This document shows, one piece after another, positions 1-10,464 of a DNA stretch of 64,000 nucleotides (the stretch's first letter is position 1; every line of letters starts with the position of its first letter). Below the pieces are notes generated by a model that saw only the letters and a list, made by a program, of their open reading frames with translations, did no database searches and had not been told where the DNA came from. Source of the stretch: Rhodothermia bacterium (GTDB lineage Bacteria; Bacteroidota; Rhodothermia; Rhodothermales; UBA2364); the NCBI GenBank assembly GCA_017303715.1, contig JAFLBZ010000022.1, positions 3,961 to 67,960 of the forward strand, read 5' to 3'. The translations under genes were made by a program, and so were the position numbers.

Positions 1-816
1 CGTCCATTTGATGGGAGTTGCTTGGTAGCACAACGCCTTCGGAAAATTATTAAAGGCTCGGAAGTACTGGCTGCTCATGCCGATTGTGGCCGCGTTCAAG
101 ACCCGTATTCGCTACGGTGTATCCCTCAAGTTCATGGAGCATCACGGAATGCCTGGGCACACCTTAAATCAATAACGGAAATCGAACTCAATGCTGTAAC
201 GGACAATCCCGTGGTGCTTGGTCCAAACGAAGCAATTAGCGGCGGCAATTTCCACGGGCAACCCATTGCCCTACCGTTAGATTACACCACCCTTGCAGCA
301 TCAGAGTTAGGAAATATCGCTGATCGTCGTTGTTATCTCATGTTAGAAGGTCGGTATGGTTTACCACGTTTATTGCTTCAGGATACGGGCTTGAACTCAG
401 GATTTATGATCCCGCAATACACCACCGCCGCCTTGGTCACCGAAAATAAAACCCTTTGTTATCCCGCTTCGGCAGACAGTATCCCCACTTCTTTAGGACA
501 AGAAGACCATGTCTCGATGGGTTCCATAAGTGGTAGAAAGCTACACGCTGTTTTAGATAATCTTGCCTATATACAAGCGATTGAATTGCTTTATGCAAGC
601 CAAGCAATTGAGTTTAGGCGCCCGCTTAAATCTAGTCCAATCTTAGAAGAAATCATCACCGAAGTACGTGAATGTGTGGACTTTTCGACCCAAGACAAAG
701 TACTTTCGGCGGATATTCATGCCCTACATCAGTTGATTTTATCAGACACCCTTATTCCTAAAATTGCTCATTATGAAAACCTCAACGAAGGATTCCCGTT
801 TTTTGGACTTCATTAA
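1..816 (+). CDS. hutH: Histidine ammonia-lyase, C-terminal part (5' end cut by the window edge)
   Basis: Frame 1 is open from base 1. HAL/PAL-family motifs [15 protein letters not shown] and [11 protein letters not shown] are present. hutU, hutI and hutG follow directly. Confidence 0.9.
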   Translation, partial: RPFDGSCLVAQRLRKIIKGSEVLAAHADCGRVQDPYSLRCIPQVHGASRNAWAHLKSITEIELNAVTDNPVVLGPNEAISGGNFHGQPIALPLDYTTLAASELGNIADRRCYLMLEGRYGLPRLLLQDTGLNSGFMIPQYTTAALVTENKTLCYPASADSIPTSLGQEDHVSMGSISGRKLHAVLDNLAYIQAIELLYASQAIEFRRPLKSSPILEEIITEVRECVDFSTQDKVLSADIHALHQLILSDTLIPKIAHYENLNEGFPFFGLH

Positions 817-2467
817 TACCTATGCCCCGCATCCAGCCTACCATGCGCCACGCGGGACAGAACTTCATGCCAAATCTTGGCAAACAGAAGCACCTTTGCG
901 TATGTTATTAAACAACTTAGATGCGGAAGTTGCCGAAAACCCAGACGAGCTTGTGGTCTATGGCGGGATCGGACAAGCTGCCAGAAATCGTGAGTCCCTC
1001 CAGAAAATCATTGAACTATTGTTGGAATTGGACGAAGACCATTCCTTGCTCGTTCAATCGGGTAAACCGGTTGGCATCGTGCGAACTCATCCAGAAGCGC
1101 CTCGCGTCCTTATTGCCAATAGCAACTTGGTTCCGCATTGGGCAACTTGGGCACATTTTAACGATCTACGTGAACGTGGTTTGATGATGTATGGCCAAAT
1201 GACCGCGGGGAGTTGGATTTACATTGGTTCACAAGGGATTCTTCAAGGAACCTACGAAACCTTTATGTCTTGTGGCAGACAACACTTTGAGGGTAACTTA
1301 CGCGGAAAACTGTTGGTTTCAGGCGGACTTGGCGGCATGGGAGGCTCTCAACCCTTGGCCGCGGCCATGGCCGGAGCAACTTTTCTCGGAGTGGACATAG
1401 ACCCTTCTCGCATCCAAAAACGTTTGGAAACGCATTATATAGACCGCATGACAGACTCCTTTGCGGAAGCCATGCTCTGGATCCAAACGGCACTTAGCAA
1501 AGGGGACAACCTTTCCGTTGGTTTGGTAGGAGACATCGGAGACGTATTGGAAAAACTTTTGGAAGAAGGCATTACGCCCGATATTCTTACGGATCAGACT
1601 TCGGCGCATGACCCGCTGAACGGCTATGTCCCGCATGGGATTTCCCTTGAGGCTGCACTTGAATTGCGCAAAACCGATCCAGACACGTATCAGGCGCGAT
1701 CTTTAGCAAGTATGGCGCGGCATGTAGGTTTGATGCTGAAACACCAAGCCAATGGTGCTGTTGTTTTTGATTATGGGAATAACCTCCGAGAATTTGCGCG
1801 ACAAGGTGGGGAACCCAATGCCTTCAACTTTCCCGGATTTACACCTGCTTACATACGCCCACTTTTTTGTGAAGGCAAAGGCCCTTTCCGCTGGGTAGCC
1901 CTCTCCGGCGATCCACAAGACATTTTTACCACCGATCAAGCCTTGTTAGACCTTTTCCCAAACAACTCGGAACTTGCTACTTGGATACGCGGCGCTCAGG
2001 AAAAAGTAGCTTTTCAGGGACTTCCGGCTAGAATTTGCTGGCTTGGTATGGGCGAACGGGAACAAGCTGGATTGCTATTCAACGATTTGGTACGTTCTGG
2101 CAAGGTCAAAGCCCCGATCGTCATTGGGCGGGATCACTTAGATTGCGGCTCGGTGGCCTCGCCCAACCGTGAGACCGAGGCCATGATAGACGGTAGCGAT
2201 GCGGTATCGGATTGGGCTTTACTCAATCTAATGTCCAATACTGCCGGAGGTGCAACATGGGTTTCTTTTCATCACGGCGGTGGCGTTGGGATGGGCTTTT
2301 CGCAACATGCTGGCATGGTGGTTTTGGCCGATGGGACAGACCGCGCAGCTTCTTGTATCCGACGGGTATTGCACAACGACCCCGCCATGGGCCTTTTCCG
2401 ACATGCTGATGCCGGATATGATAAAGCGCAAGAATGGGCAGAACGTTTTGGCTTGCACGTCTGGTAA
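773..2467 (+). CDS. hutU: Urocanate hydratase
   Basis: N-terminal [39 protein letters not shown] and [13 protein letters not shown] are typical urocanase motifs. The ATG at 773 is preferred over the TTG at 764. The gene overlaps the hutH stop by 44 nt. Confidence 0.93.
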   Translation: MKTSTKDSRFLDFINTYAPHPAYHAPRGTELHAKSWQTEAPLRMLLNNLDAEVAENPDELVVYGGIGQAARNRESLQKIIELLLELDEDHSLLVQSGKPVGIVRTHPEAPRVLIANSNLVPHWATWAHFNDLRERGLMMYGQMTAGSWIYIGSQGILQGTYETFMSCGRQHFEGNLRGKLLVSGGLGGMGGSQPLAAAMAGATFLGVDIDPSRIQKRLETHYIDRMTDSFAEAMLWIQTALSKGDNLSVGLVGDIGDVLEKLLEEGITPDILTDQTSAHDPLNGYVPHGISLEAALELRKTDPDTYQARSLASMARHVGLMLKHQANGAVVFDYGNNLREFARQGGEPNAFNFPGFTPAYIRPLFCEGKGPFRWVALSGDPQDIFTTDQALLDLFPNNSELATWIRGAQEKVAFQGLPARICWLGMGEREQAGLLFNDLVRSGKVKAPIVIGRDHLDCGSVASPNRETEAMIDGSDAVSDWALLNLMSNTAGGATWVSFHHGGGVGMGFSQHAGMVVLADGTDRAASCIRRVLHNDPAMGLFRHADAGYDKAQEWAERFGLHVW

Positions 2468-2468
2468 T

Positions 2469-3740
2469 ATGAGGAACGACATGCAAAAAATGACCTTATT
2501 TGGCCCTTTCAGCCAATTACTTTCCCTTTCTGGATTGCCCGAAAAAGGCCCCATTGCCGATGAGGAATTACAGATTGAAGCGAATGCTGGGATTTTAATA
2601 CAGGCTGGAAAAGTTGTTTCCCTTGGAACTTTTGAAACCTTAAGAACAGCATACCCCCTCGCCGAAGTCCAAGAAATCGGTAGGGAAGCCGTAGTCATCC
2701 CCGGATTTGTAGATGCACACACCCACTGTTGTTTTGCAGGAAACCGCGCAATGGATTTTGCCGCAAGAAATGCCGGAAAAAGCTATCTCGAAATTGCAGA
2801 AAGGGGCGGTGGCATTTGGCGAACCGTTTTAGACACACGCAAAGCCACAAGCGAGGCATTAGAAAAACTAACGTTACAACATGTTCAAAACTTCTTAACA
2901 GAAGGTATTACCACGATCGAAATTAAAAGCGGTTATGGCTTATCGGTGGTAGAAGAACTTAAAATGCTTCGAACCATTCGCCGCGTTGCCGAGCAAACAC
3001 CTTCCACCGTCGTTTCGACATGCCTTGCTGCCCATACCCTACCGCGTGATTTTTCGGGAAGCCATGACGCCTATCTTAAGGTGCTTGAGGAAGAACTTTA
3101 TCCGTTCATCTTCTCCGAAAACTTAGCCCAGCGCATAGACATTTTTGTCGAGAAATCGGCCTTTCCCCAAAAAACGGCAAAGAAACACCTTCAAAAAGCG
3201 CGGCAACTCGGTTTTGCGGTATGTGTTCATGCCGATCAATTCACGACGGGTGGCTCTGAAGTCGCCATACAAGTTGGGGCCATTTCAGCGGATCACTTAG
3301 AAGCAAGTGGTACGCCAGAAATTGCGGCTTTGGCCCGATCTAATGTGGTGGCCGTAGTACTTCCGGGTGCTTCGATGGGTTTAGGCGAACCTTTTGCTCC
3401 AGCAAGAGCGTTGTTAGATATAGGAGCTTGTGTTGCCATTGCGAGCGATTTTAATCCGGGTTCAGCACCAATGGGGCAACTTTTATTACAAGCAGCCGTT
3501 TTGGCAACCTACCAAAAAATAAGCACAGCCGAGATCTTCGCGGGCCTAACCTTTCGGGCCGCAAAAGCCCTCTCGCTACCCTCAGTAGGAAAATTAGCAA
3601 TAGGTTACATGGCAGACTTTCAGGCTTATCCAACCAAAGACTACAGGGAAATCCTGTATCACCAAGGAAGAATGAAGCCTTTTGCAGTTTGGAAAGCGGG
3701 CCAAATTATTAACACCGAAAAAAATGTATCAAAAACCTGA
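2469..3740 (+). CDS. hutI: Imidazolonepropionase
   Basis: Amidohydrolase metal motif PGFVDAHTHCCFAG, IKSGYGL and a C-terminal SDFNPGS. The ATG at 2469 lies 2 nt after the hutU stop, and 2481 is an alternative. The longer ORF from 2250 would overlap hutU. Confidence 0.9.
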   Translation: MRNDMQKMTLFGPFSQLLSLSGLPEKGPIADEELQIEANAGILIQAGKVVSLGTFETLRTAYPLAEVQEIGREAVVIPGFVDAHTHCCFAGNRAMDFAARNAGKSYLEIAERGGGIWRTVLDTRKATSEALEKLTLQHVQNFLTEGITTIEIKSGYGLSVVEELKMLRTIRRVAEQTPSTVVSTCLAAHTLPRDFSGSHDAYLKVLEEELYPFIFSENLAQRIDIFVEKSAFPQKTAKKHLQKARQLGFAVCVHADQFTTGGSEVAIQVGAISADHLEASGTPEIAALARSNVVAVVLPGASMGLGEPFAPARALLDIGACVAIASDFNPGSAPMGQLLLQAAVLATYQKISTAEIFAGLTFRAAKALSLPSVGKLAIGYMADFQAYPTKDYREILYHQGRMKPFAVWKAGQIINTEKNVSKT

Positions 3741-4692
3741 TCCGAAGTTATGGCACGGACGACAAGACGGTTCGGATTATAACCACCTGAGATGGCATCA
3801 GGGCATAAAAATGATGGATCTCTCCCAAAATTTACCGATCGGAAATAAAGCTACTGCCTTACTCGGTTTTGCATGTGACGAAGGCGTCCGCAGAAATGAA
3901 GGTCGAGCAGGCGCTTCAAATGGCCCAAATGCGCTACGGAACGCTTGTCGGAACCTGCCATGGCATTTTCCAGAATCCTTCACGCTTTTTGATGCCGGAA
4001 ATATCGTTTGTGAAGCAAATCGGTTGGAATCCGCACAATCCGACTTGGGGAATCTGGTTCATCAACTCCAGAAAAAACAGTATTTTACCACAATTATTGG
4101 TGGTGGACACGAAGTATTGTTTGGCCATTACCAAGGACTAAGAAAGGCACATCCAAAAGCCAAGATTGGTATTATTAATTTTGATGCCCATTTTGACATG
4201 AGGGCCTTAAACCCAGCAATTGGTCCAACCTCTGGAACCGGATTTTGGCAAATTACCCAAACGGAACCGCTCTATTATTTGGTTTTGGGAATACAGAAAA
4301 GTGGGAATACGCGCGCCCTCTTTAATTTCGCAAAGGAAAAACAGGTTCAAATGGTTCATGCAGTAGATTTTAGAACTGAACTTCTTAACGACCTAATAAC
4401 CAAGGTTCAAGATTTTATTCTTGCCGTGGATTATGTCTATTTGACCATTTGCTTAGATGTTTTTGCTGCGGCATACGCACCCGGTGTAAGTGCGCCAACG
4501 GCGTTTGGGTTGATACCTGATGCCATTTTTCGGGAGGTTCTACTCACCATTACCCGTTCCCCAAAATTAATTTCTATGGACATCGCAGAGCTGAATCCAC
4601 AATTTGACAAGGGGGATAGAACTGCAAAATTGGCGGCACAATTGCTTTTTGAGACCTTAGACTCATTCGCACAAACCCATTATTCACAATAA
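3724..4692 (+). CDS. hutG: Formimidoylglutamase (arginase fold)
   Basis: Arginase-fold metal motifs GGGHE, INFDAHFDMR, CLDVFAAAYAPGVSAP and ISMDIAELNP, in hut operon context. Internal ATG (MYQKPDPKLWHGRQD) chosen as start. Confidence 0.8.
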   Translation: MYQKPDPKLWHGRQDGSDYNHLRWHQGIKMMDLSQNLPIGNKATALLGFACDEGVRRNEGRAGASNGPNALRNACRNLPWHFPESFTLFDAGNIVCEANRLESAQSDLGNLVHQLQKKQYFTTIIGGGHEVLFGHYQGLRKAHPKAKIGIINFDAHFDMRALNPAIGPTSGTGFWQITQTEPLYYLVLGIQKSGNTRALFNFAKEKQVQMVHAVDFRTELLNDLITKVQDFILAVDYVYLTICLDVFAAAYAPGVSAPTAFGLIPDAIFREVLLTITRSPKLISMDIAELNPQFDKGDRTAKLAAQLLFETLDSFAQTHYSQ

Positions 4693-4693
4693 G

Positions 4694-5074
4694 ATGCACC
4701 CAGTAACTACACCTCATGCACCGCTTCCAGCTGGCCATTATAGCCAAGCCATCATCCACAACGGCTTGGTCTATATCTCGGGACAATTACCCATTTCCCC
4801 AGACCAAGAAGGCCATAGCATTGGAACGATTGAAGAGCAAACCCGCCAAGTTTTGAAAAACGTATCCGCGATCTTGGATGCCGCCGGAAGTAGCCTTCAC
4901 AACCTGCTCAAAGTGACCCTATATATATCGGATATGGCGCTTTGGGGGCGGGTAAATGTTGTTTATTCGGAAATTTTGGGCAACCATAAGCCCGCTCGTG
5001 CAGTTGTTCCTGTGAACCCATTACATCATGGTTACCAAATTGAAGTCGAAGCGATAGCAGCAGTGGTTTCTTAG
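4694..5074 (+). CDS. RidA/YjgF/L-PSP family reactive-intermediate deaminase
   Basis: 126 aa with GHYSQAIIHNGLVYISGQLP, TLYISDM and ARAVVPVNPLHHGYQIEVEAIA. Starts 2 nt after the hutG stop. Confidence 0.85.
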   Translation: MHPVTTPHAPLPAGHYSQAIIHNGLVYISGQLPISPDQEGHSIGTIEEQTRQVLKNVSAILDAAGSSLHNLLKVTLYISDMALWGRVNVVYSEILGNHKPARAVVPVNPLHHGYQIEVEAIAAVVS

Positions 5075-5079
5075 TGGAT

Positions 5080-5688
5080 TTACTTCTTGGCTTCTATTTT
5101 GAAGGACAACCGTATCGTTTCCCACATTAATGTAGCCACTGCACTCCTTTCAGTGAGTTCGTCAAAATCAAAGGTCAGCCATTCCACATGCGGAATCTGT
5201 TCAGGCTTAATGTTGAGCCTTAGGACATCATCGTTTTTGTTGTAATTAAAAGCGCCCCACTGATCGGCCTTTCGGTTAAAAATCAGCGTCCATTCTTGTT
5301 CTGTTGGAATCACAAACAGCGCATAGGCTCCTTTTTTGAGTAATTGGCCATTGACCAATACGTCATCTGGTGTTGAAAATACCGTTGCCTCATTTGCGCC
5401 TGTTCGCCACACCTCGCCATAGGCTTCCAAGCCGCCAAAAATTTTCCTGCCCTTAACCCCCGGCCGGCCATAGGAGATGGTAACCAGTGTTTGTCCAACA
5501 TTTTGCGACACTGCTGCATTTGGACTCATCCGCGCATCACTATTGTCTCGCTGTGGAATGTTCAAGGATTCCTTGGGTGATGCTTTTGAGGCAGAAGTGG
5601 CTGGAGTCGGATTTTCTGTTGTATTCGTACAAGCAGATAACCAAACACAAACAACTCCGACGAGTACAAACCTTGTTAAATGTTTCAT
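5080..5688 (-). CDS. DUF2911-family secreted lipoprotein
   Basis: Signal peptide with lipobox (VWLSAC). The core YGRPGVKGRKIFGGL..YGEVWRTGANEAT..G.YALF..P....W.LIFN matches my recollection of DUF2911. Confidence 0.65.
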   Translation of the reverse strand: MKHLTRFVLVGVVCVWLSACTNTTENPTPATSASKASPKESLNIPQRDNSDARMSPNAAVSQNVGQTLVTISYGRPGVKGRKIFGGLEAYGEVWRTGANEATVFSTPDDVLVNGQLLKKGAYALFVIPTEQEWTLIFNRKADQWGAFNYNKNDDVLRLNIKPEQIPHVEWLTFDFDELTERSAVATLMWETIRLSFKIEAKK

Positions 5689-5766
5689 GTGAGAGATGTT
5701 ATAAGAGAAATAAAGCGATGTTATAAAATGCGTTTTTTTTTGTCCAAATGCAAATGATGGATATTT

Positions 5767-6795
5767 TCAATGTATCTCTCGAAAAAACAACATATTCACC
5801 CATTTTTTGGCTTGTAAAAGCCGTTTTTGAAGTGATCCCTCAATGACATAAAACGGAATGTTTAAATCGGCAAGTGTGTTTTTAAAGACCTTTTGCAATG
5901 CTGTACGGACTATAAGCCCATCTCTTTGGAGGCCATCTGCTTCCCAAGGAATATCATCTTCGGCCAGTAAAACCAAATCATAAGAATGGTTTTTGGCCAA
6001 ATCCCAGAGCGGCCCATCCGATATTCCAAAATAGTGTTTGGCATAGATCGCAGTAGTTAATGGCGTGGTATCACAAAAAAGCACTTGGTTGGCTAAAAGA
6101 GCGGTCTTTTTCTCCGTTACGATCTGTTGCTCGGCAATAAACAGCATTTCTTCCTGTTTTGGCAACCTATTGTGTTTGGCAACAAACGACCGTCCATATT
6201 CTGGAACCCATGCTGTTTGGTACGATTCGGCAAGTTTCTGTGCCAAAGTTGTCTTTCCCGTACTTTCTGCGCCCAAAATCGCGACACGCTTCACATAATA
6301 AGCCCTTACAGGTTCTGGCAAAAAATCCCAGTGAAGATGTGGATTTGCCCGAATTTCTGAACCTGAAATTGGGAAGGCTTGGCGTTTGGGGTCTATACAA
6401 ATATGTACAGCGCCAAAACAAGAAGCCAAACGAACGCCATAATCCTCGGAAGTAAACACCACATCTGGTGCTTCTGGGATAAGTTCGAGAATACTCTTCG
6501 TCCAAATCTCCCAAAAATTAGGATGTTCATGTGGATACGAGGGATTCTCGGCAGTGTGATGCAAGACGTCCACTCCCGTCGGACAAAGGGTTTTCATCCA
6601 ATGGTAGCGGCGTTCGCCAAGGATGCTTTCTGCTTTGAGCGTACATACAAGAACCGTCAGCCGCTTTACCTGCTTCTGGGCAGACCGGATTAGGTGCAAA
6701 TGACCAAGGTGAGGAGGATAAAATTTTCCGATAATTAGTCCGTGTTCATAAACAGCTTCGGCTTTTGAAGGAGTGTATTCATTGACATTTTCCAT
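5767..6795 (-). CDS. nadR: NadR-type bifunctional NMN adenylyltransferase / ribosylnicotinamide kinase (no HTH domain)
   Basis: Nucleotidyltransferase motif GKFYPPHLGHLHLI and P-loop GAESTGKTTLAQKLA. Sits downstream of pnuC, and its first 61 nt overlap the pnuC 3' end. Confidence 0.8.
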   Translation of the reverse strand: MENVNEYTPSKAEAVYEHGLIIGKFYPPHLGHLHLIRSAQKQVKRLTVLVCTLKAESILGERRYHWMKTLCPTGVDVLHHTAENPSYPHEHPNFWEIWTKSILELIPEAPDVVFTSEDYGVRLASCFGAVHICIDPKRQAFPISGSEIRANPHLHWDFLPEPVRAYYVKRVAILGAESTGKTTLAQKLAESYQTAWVPEYGRSFVAKHNRLPKQEEMLFIAEQQIVTEKKTALLANQVLFCDTTPLTTAIYAKHYFGISDGPLWDLAKNHSYDLVLLAEDDIPWEADGLQRDGLIVRTALQKVFKNTLADLNIPFYVIEGSLQKRLLQAKKWVNMLFFREIH

Positions 6796-7382
6796 TCACG
6801 CAACCCTATAAAACACAAGAAGATAAAGAGACCATATAGCAAGGCTGTTAGATACAGCTCTTTATAGATAAACAAGACCACATACACCACATCGGCAGTA
6901 ATCCAGAGATGCCAATTTTCGTAAATCTTTCGGGCGAGCATGAACTGCGCAACCACACTAATCATTGTCGGGAAGGCGTCAAAATAAGGGACATTGGTTT
7001 GTGGAATACCAGGCCAAATTGCATGAATGTGTGCAAAAAAATAACCCGTCGAAAGCCACCCGACCAAGACAAATGCCGAGGCAATCAGCCATAAAGTCTT
7101 AGAAGCACGTGTAACATGTAATACTGTTTTCTGTTCGCCCCCAAACAACCATTCGTACCAGCCATAAATGGAAGACCCTAAGAAAATAAATTGCAGAGCA
7201 AAATCGCCATAGAGTTGAAAATTAAAAAACAATATCATGGAAAGCACAATGCCCACCATGCCAATCGGCCATGCCCAAACATTTTCTTTGGTGTTTAGAT
7301 AGACGCAAACCAAATTGAACAAGAAAGCTATAAACTCAAAATAAGTGAGCTTATACTGCCAAATTTCTACTAAAGTATCCAT
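6735..7382 (-). CDS. pnuC: Nicotinamide riboside transporter PnuC
   Basis: 215 aa with about 7 TM segments, a PnuC-like W.WPIG...L......QLYGD motif, and pairing with nadR. Confidence 0.8.
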   Translation of the reverse strand: MDTLVEIWQYKLTYFEFIAFLFNLVCVYLNTKENVWAWPIGMVGIVLSMILFFNFQLYGDFALQFIFLGSSIYGWYEWLFGGEQKTVLHVTRASKTLWLIASAFVLVGWLSTGYFFAHIHAIWPGIPQTNVPYFDAFPTMISVVAQFMLARKIYENWHLWITADVVYVVLFIYKELYLTALLYGLFIFLCFIGLREWKMSMNTLLQKPKLFMNTD

Positions 7383-7391
7383 GCAAAACCT

Positions 7392-7910
7392 TTAGAACTC
7401 ATAGGTACGACTTCCCACGATCATGCGTTTAACCGCCGCTTTTCCGTCTTTGGTCACGGCAACGATCATGCGTGTTTTTTCGCGGTTTTTTGTTACATCT
7501 TGTTCAATTTCAACCCGACGAGCCTCTGGAATAAAATAGGCTTCTATCCCATACCGAATGGCATTGTCCCGAAAAACACCTTCAAGCTGGCGCTCGTCCG
7601 CTTTTAGGGTTTGGGACTTTGTTTTCTCGAACCGCGCAAGTCGGAAACTTCCGACGGAATCTCGCTTAACAACCGCCCAAACCGTTTCACCTTCTTGAAA
7701 TGGAATCTTAGACGGCGCAAGATCGGGGCGCGAAATGTCATAGTTCAAAATCACATAGTACCCACTCCACATATCGTATGGGTCTATGGGTGCAAGGGGC
7801 AATGCAATTTCTTCGCCAGTTGCTTGGGTGATCAATGTTCGTGCCGGAACCAAGGCCAAAATCACGACTTGCACAAGCACAATGACCATAAAGGGAAAAA
7901 CCTTTCTCAT
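7392..7910 (-). CDS. GDYXXLXY-domain protein
   Basis: N-terminal TM/signal, motif DPYDMWSGYYVILNY (GDYXXLXY-like) and a C-terminal EARR region. Overlaps the upstream membrane gene by 4 nt. Confidence 0.65.
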   Translation of the reverse strand: MRKVFPFMVIVLVQVVILALVPARTLITQATGEEIALPLAPIDPYDMWSGYYVILNYDISRPDLAPSKIPFQEGETVWAVVKRDSVGSFRLARFEKTKSQTLKADERQLEGVFRDNAIRYGIEAYFIPEARRVEIEQDVTKNREKTRMIVAVTKDGKAAVKRMIVGSRTYEF

Positions 7911-9226
7911 GGGCGAATCTCCTGATTTTGTTTGGTTTTGAGGTATTTTTCAAACCTGAAGGTGGCAAAAATGAGGGCAACACCTAAAATTACAAAGACC
8001 AAGGCTTTGGTGGTCAGGTCTTCGGTATATTCAAAAAATCGGCTTCCGATAATTATAAACAGGTACAATAAACCAATCCAAAAGGCGCCGCGCCGTAAAC
8101 CTGTATAGCCGATGTACAACAAGACGCCCCCCAAAACAACCGATGCGGCATTGTTCAGCAATAAAAACAAAACATAATTCGCCGGAAAAGCAACCCTGAA
8201 GTTCAAAAGAGCAACAGAAAAGCCCAATGCCAACAAAGCAATTAGCGCTATTTGAAAAACTTTTTCATGCGCCGTCCCTTTTCCTTTCTGATAAAAAAAC
8301 CATCCCAAAACTGGAAGAATAAAAGCAAGTAATCCCATTCCATAGGTTGCGGCTTTCCGCCCATTCTCCATGTCTTCCGCGATTTCCCTAAACCCGAAAA
8401 AGTAGAAAAAACCAAGTAAGACAATAAGGGCGAAAACCAAACTGCTGTACGAATAACCCTCTTTCTTTTGGAGATGACCCAAGACCAAGCCCATTACAAC
8501 AACAACCTGTAAAGCCATTAAAAACATGGACATACCATCCGAAAAAGAAGGATTAATGTGTGTGATAGCCAGAATGACATAAGACATCCATGCAAGTGCG
8601 GTCAACGTAAAAAAAGCAACCGATTTCTCCCAAACCACCAAGGGTATAAAAACGAGGGGCAAACCGAATAACATCCCATGTGCCAACTGCTCATGATCCT
8701 CATAAAGTCCAAGACCATACACAAACGTACAGACAAGGGCAAAAACTGCGTTGGGAATGCTCCTAAGTGCATATGCAGCCGCCAAAGCACCAACTGCGGA
8801 GGCGCCAAAGCCATTGTACCAATTTCCCCGAATATGGAATATCTGCGCAATTAGGCCAATATTGGCTGCAAAAATAAGCGTTCCGAGCAAAACCAACGCA
8901 TGTCCTAACCGAGGCCCTGTCTCACTTATTTTCCACAAATAGAATCCTAATCCATGTGCGGTCAGCATTGCAGCAAACAAAAGTACGAGTTTAAGCGCCG
9001 CCGGAATCGCTTCCCAGTTTGCCGCCACAAACGTAACAACGCCCATCCCAACAATGAGCGCCCCCATTGTATAGACTGACAACAAAAGGCGGTTGGTTCC
9101 TTCGTCTTTGAGTTGGTCAAATTGATATCGGGCTTGGATTTTCTCGGCCAAGTCTGGTGGAAACCAGCCTTCTGATTGCCACTGCTTCATTTCCTGCGCA
9201 AGCCAGCGCTTATGAGGGACAGACAT
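7907..9226 (-). CDS. Polytopic membrane protein, DUF2157/DUF4401-like partner of the GDYXXLXY protein
   Basis: 439 aa with more than 10 predicted TM helices after a soluble N-terminus (WLAQEMKQWQSEGW). Translationally coupled to the GDYXXLXY gene. Confidence 0.6.
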   Translation of the reverse strand: MSVPHKRWLAQEMKQWQSEGWFPPDLAEKIQARYQFDQLKDEGTNRLLLSVYTMGALIVGMGVVTFVAANWEAIPAALKLVLLFAAMLTAHGLGFYLWKISETGPRLGHALVLLGTLIFAANIGLIAQIFHIRGNWYNGFGASAVGALAAAYALRSIPNAVFALVCTFVYGLGLYEDHEQLAHGMLFGLPLVFIPLVVWEKSVAFFTLTALAWMSYVILAITHINPSFSDGMSMFLMALQVVVVMGLVLGHLQKKEGYSYSSLVFALIVLLGFFYFFGFREIAEDMENGRKAATYGMGLLAFILPVLGWFFYQKGKGTAHEKVFQIALIALLALGFSVALLNFRVAFPANYVLFLLLNNAASVVLGGVLLYIGYTGLRRGAFWIGLLYLFIIIGSRFFEYTEDLTTKALVFVILGVALIFATFRFEKYLKTKQNQEIRP

Positions 9227-9262
9227 AGGATTTTGGGTAATGGGATGAAAAATAAGGTTTGT

Positions 9263-10390
9263 CTAAGGATGTTCTTCCGCAAAGGCATCAAAGGCATGAC
9301 GGAAAGCAAGATACGCCAAAAAGCCACCTTTCAAGTCCCAAACTTCCTTAAAGCCAGCACGTAACAAAGTTTTTGCGGCTTCGCGTGATCGCCCACCAGA
9401 TTTACAATGCACCACAACCCGTTCGTCACGGTATTCACTGAGTTGGGATAATTGCGTCGTTAGAATACCGGAGGGCAGCAAATAACCACCCATATTGCCC
9501 GCAGCAAATTCTTCCGGTTCACGTACATCTAAAAGAAAAACTTTTTCGCCATTAGACTGCCATTCTTGCAACTCGGCGGGCGTAACCATAGGAGCAGCCA
9601 CCTCTAAGCCACAAAAGGCATCGTAATCATCCAAGAGGTCAAAAATTTCTGGTGCAGATCCGCAAATGGGGCACGACGGATTTTTCCCCATTGCTAAAAC
9701 ATCAAAGCGAAGGTTTTTTAAATCCATCTGTACCAACTTTGCGTTATCGGATGAATGTAATGCCAACAAATAACGTAATACCTCCGAAGCCATAAGACTT
9801 CCAGCAATGCCCGCACTTGCACCCAATACACCCTCTTCTACACAATTTGCCACCAAGCCCGCTTGTGGTGGTTCAGGATACAGACAACGATAGCAAGGGC
9901 CATTTTGCAGTCCCAAGAGCGCAACTTGGGCATCGAACCGATGTATAGCACCCGTAACAAAAGGTATTCCCATCAACACACAGGCATCATTAACCAAGTA
10001 GCGTGTCGGGAAATTATCGCTCCCGTCCACCACCAGATCATATTTTTTGACTAAAGCATAGGCATTTTCAACCGAAAATCGCTCGTTATACGGATTAATG
10101 GTGACTTCGGGGTTCATTGTTTTTAGAACACGAAGAGCGACCTCGACTTTCGGCTCTCCTACATCAAAAGGGGTGAACAAGACCTGACGATGAAGATTCG
10201 ATTCCTCTACAATATCAGGCTCGACAATGCCCAACGTCCCAACGCCTGCTGCAATCAAATTTTGGAGGACGACCCCACCAAGCCCGCCACATCCAATCAC
10301 CAATACTGCCGATTCCTCCATCTTTTTTTGTCCCGCCACTCCAATTTCTGGCATAATCATCTGCCGCTGATAACGCTCCGAAGTAAACAC
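9263..10390 (-). CDS. MoeB/ThiF-family adenylyltransferase with C-terminal rhodanese domain (MoeZ-like)
   Basis: YQRQ...GVAGQ, GCGGLGG nucleotide loop, CYRC and CPIC zinc pairs, and rhodanese active site HCKSGGRS. Confidence 0.85.
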   Translation of the reverse strand: MFTSERYQRQMIMPEIGVAGQKKMEESAVLVIGCGGLGGVVLQNLIAAGVGTLGIVEPDIVEESNLHRQVLFTPFDVGEPKVEVALRVLKTMNPEVTINPYNERFSVENAYALVKKYDLVVDGSDNFPTRYLVNDACVLMGIPFVTGAIHRFDAQVALLGLQNGPCYRCLYPEPPQAGLVANCVEEGVLGASAGIAGSLMASEVLRYLLALHSSDNAKLVQMDLKNLRFDVLAMGKNPSCPICGSAPEIFDLLDDYDAFCGLEVAAPMVTPAELQEWQSNGEKVFLLDVREPEEFAAGNMGGYLLPSGILTTQLSQLSEYRDERVVVHCKSGGRSREAAKTLLRAGFKEVWDLKGGFLAYLAFRHAFDAFAEEHP

Positions 10391-10464
10391 GTTTTATGGT
10401 TTTAATGTTAAAAAAAAGCCCCAATTCGCAGATTGAGGCTCTTAATATAATCACTTTAAAAGTA

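Noticed and set aside
2250-2468. N-terminal extension of the hutI ORF (track start 2250)
   Set aside because: The extension overlaps the last 218 nt of hutU in another frame and encodes Trp/Phe-rich nonsense. HutI homology begins after the ATG at 2469/2481.
2228-2722. 164-aa minus-strand ORF spanning the hutU/hutI junction
   Set aside because: It is antisense to two confidently identified hut genes and carries no motifs.
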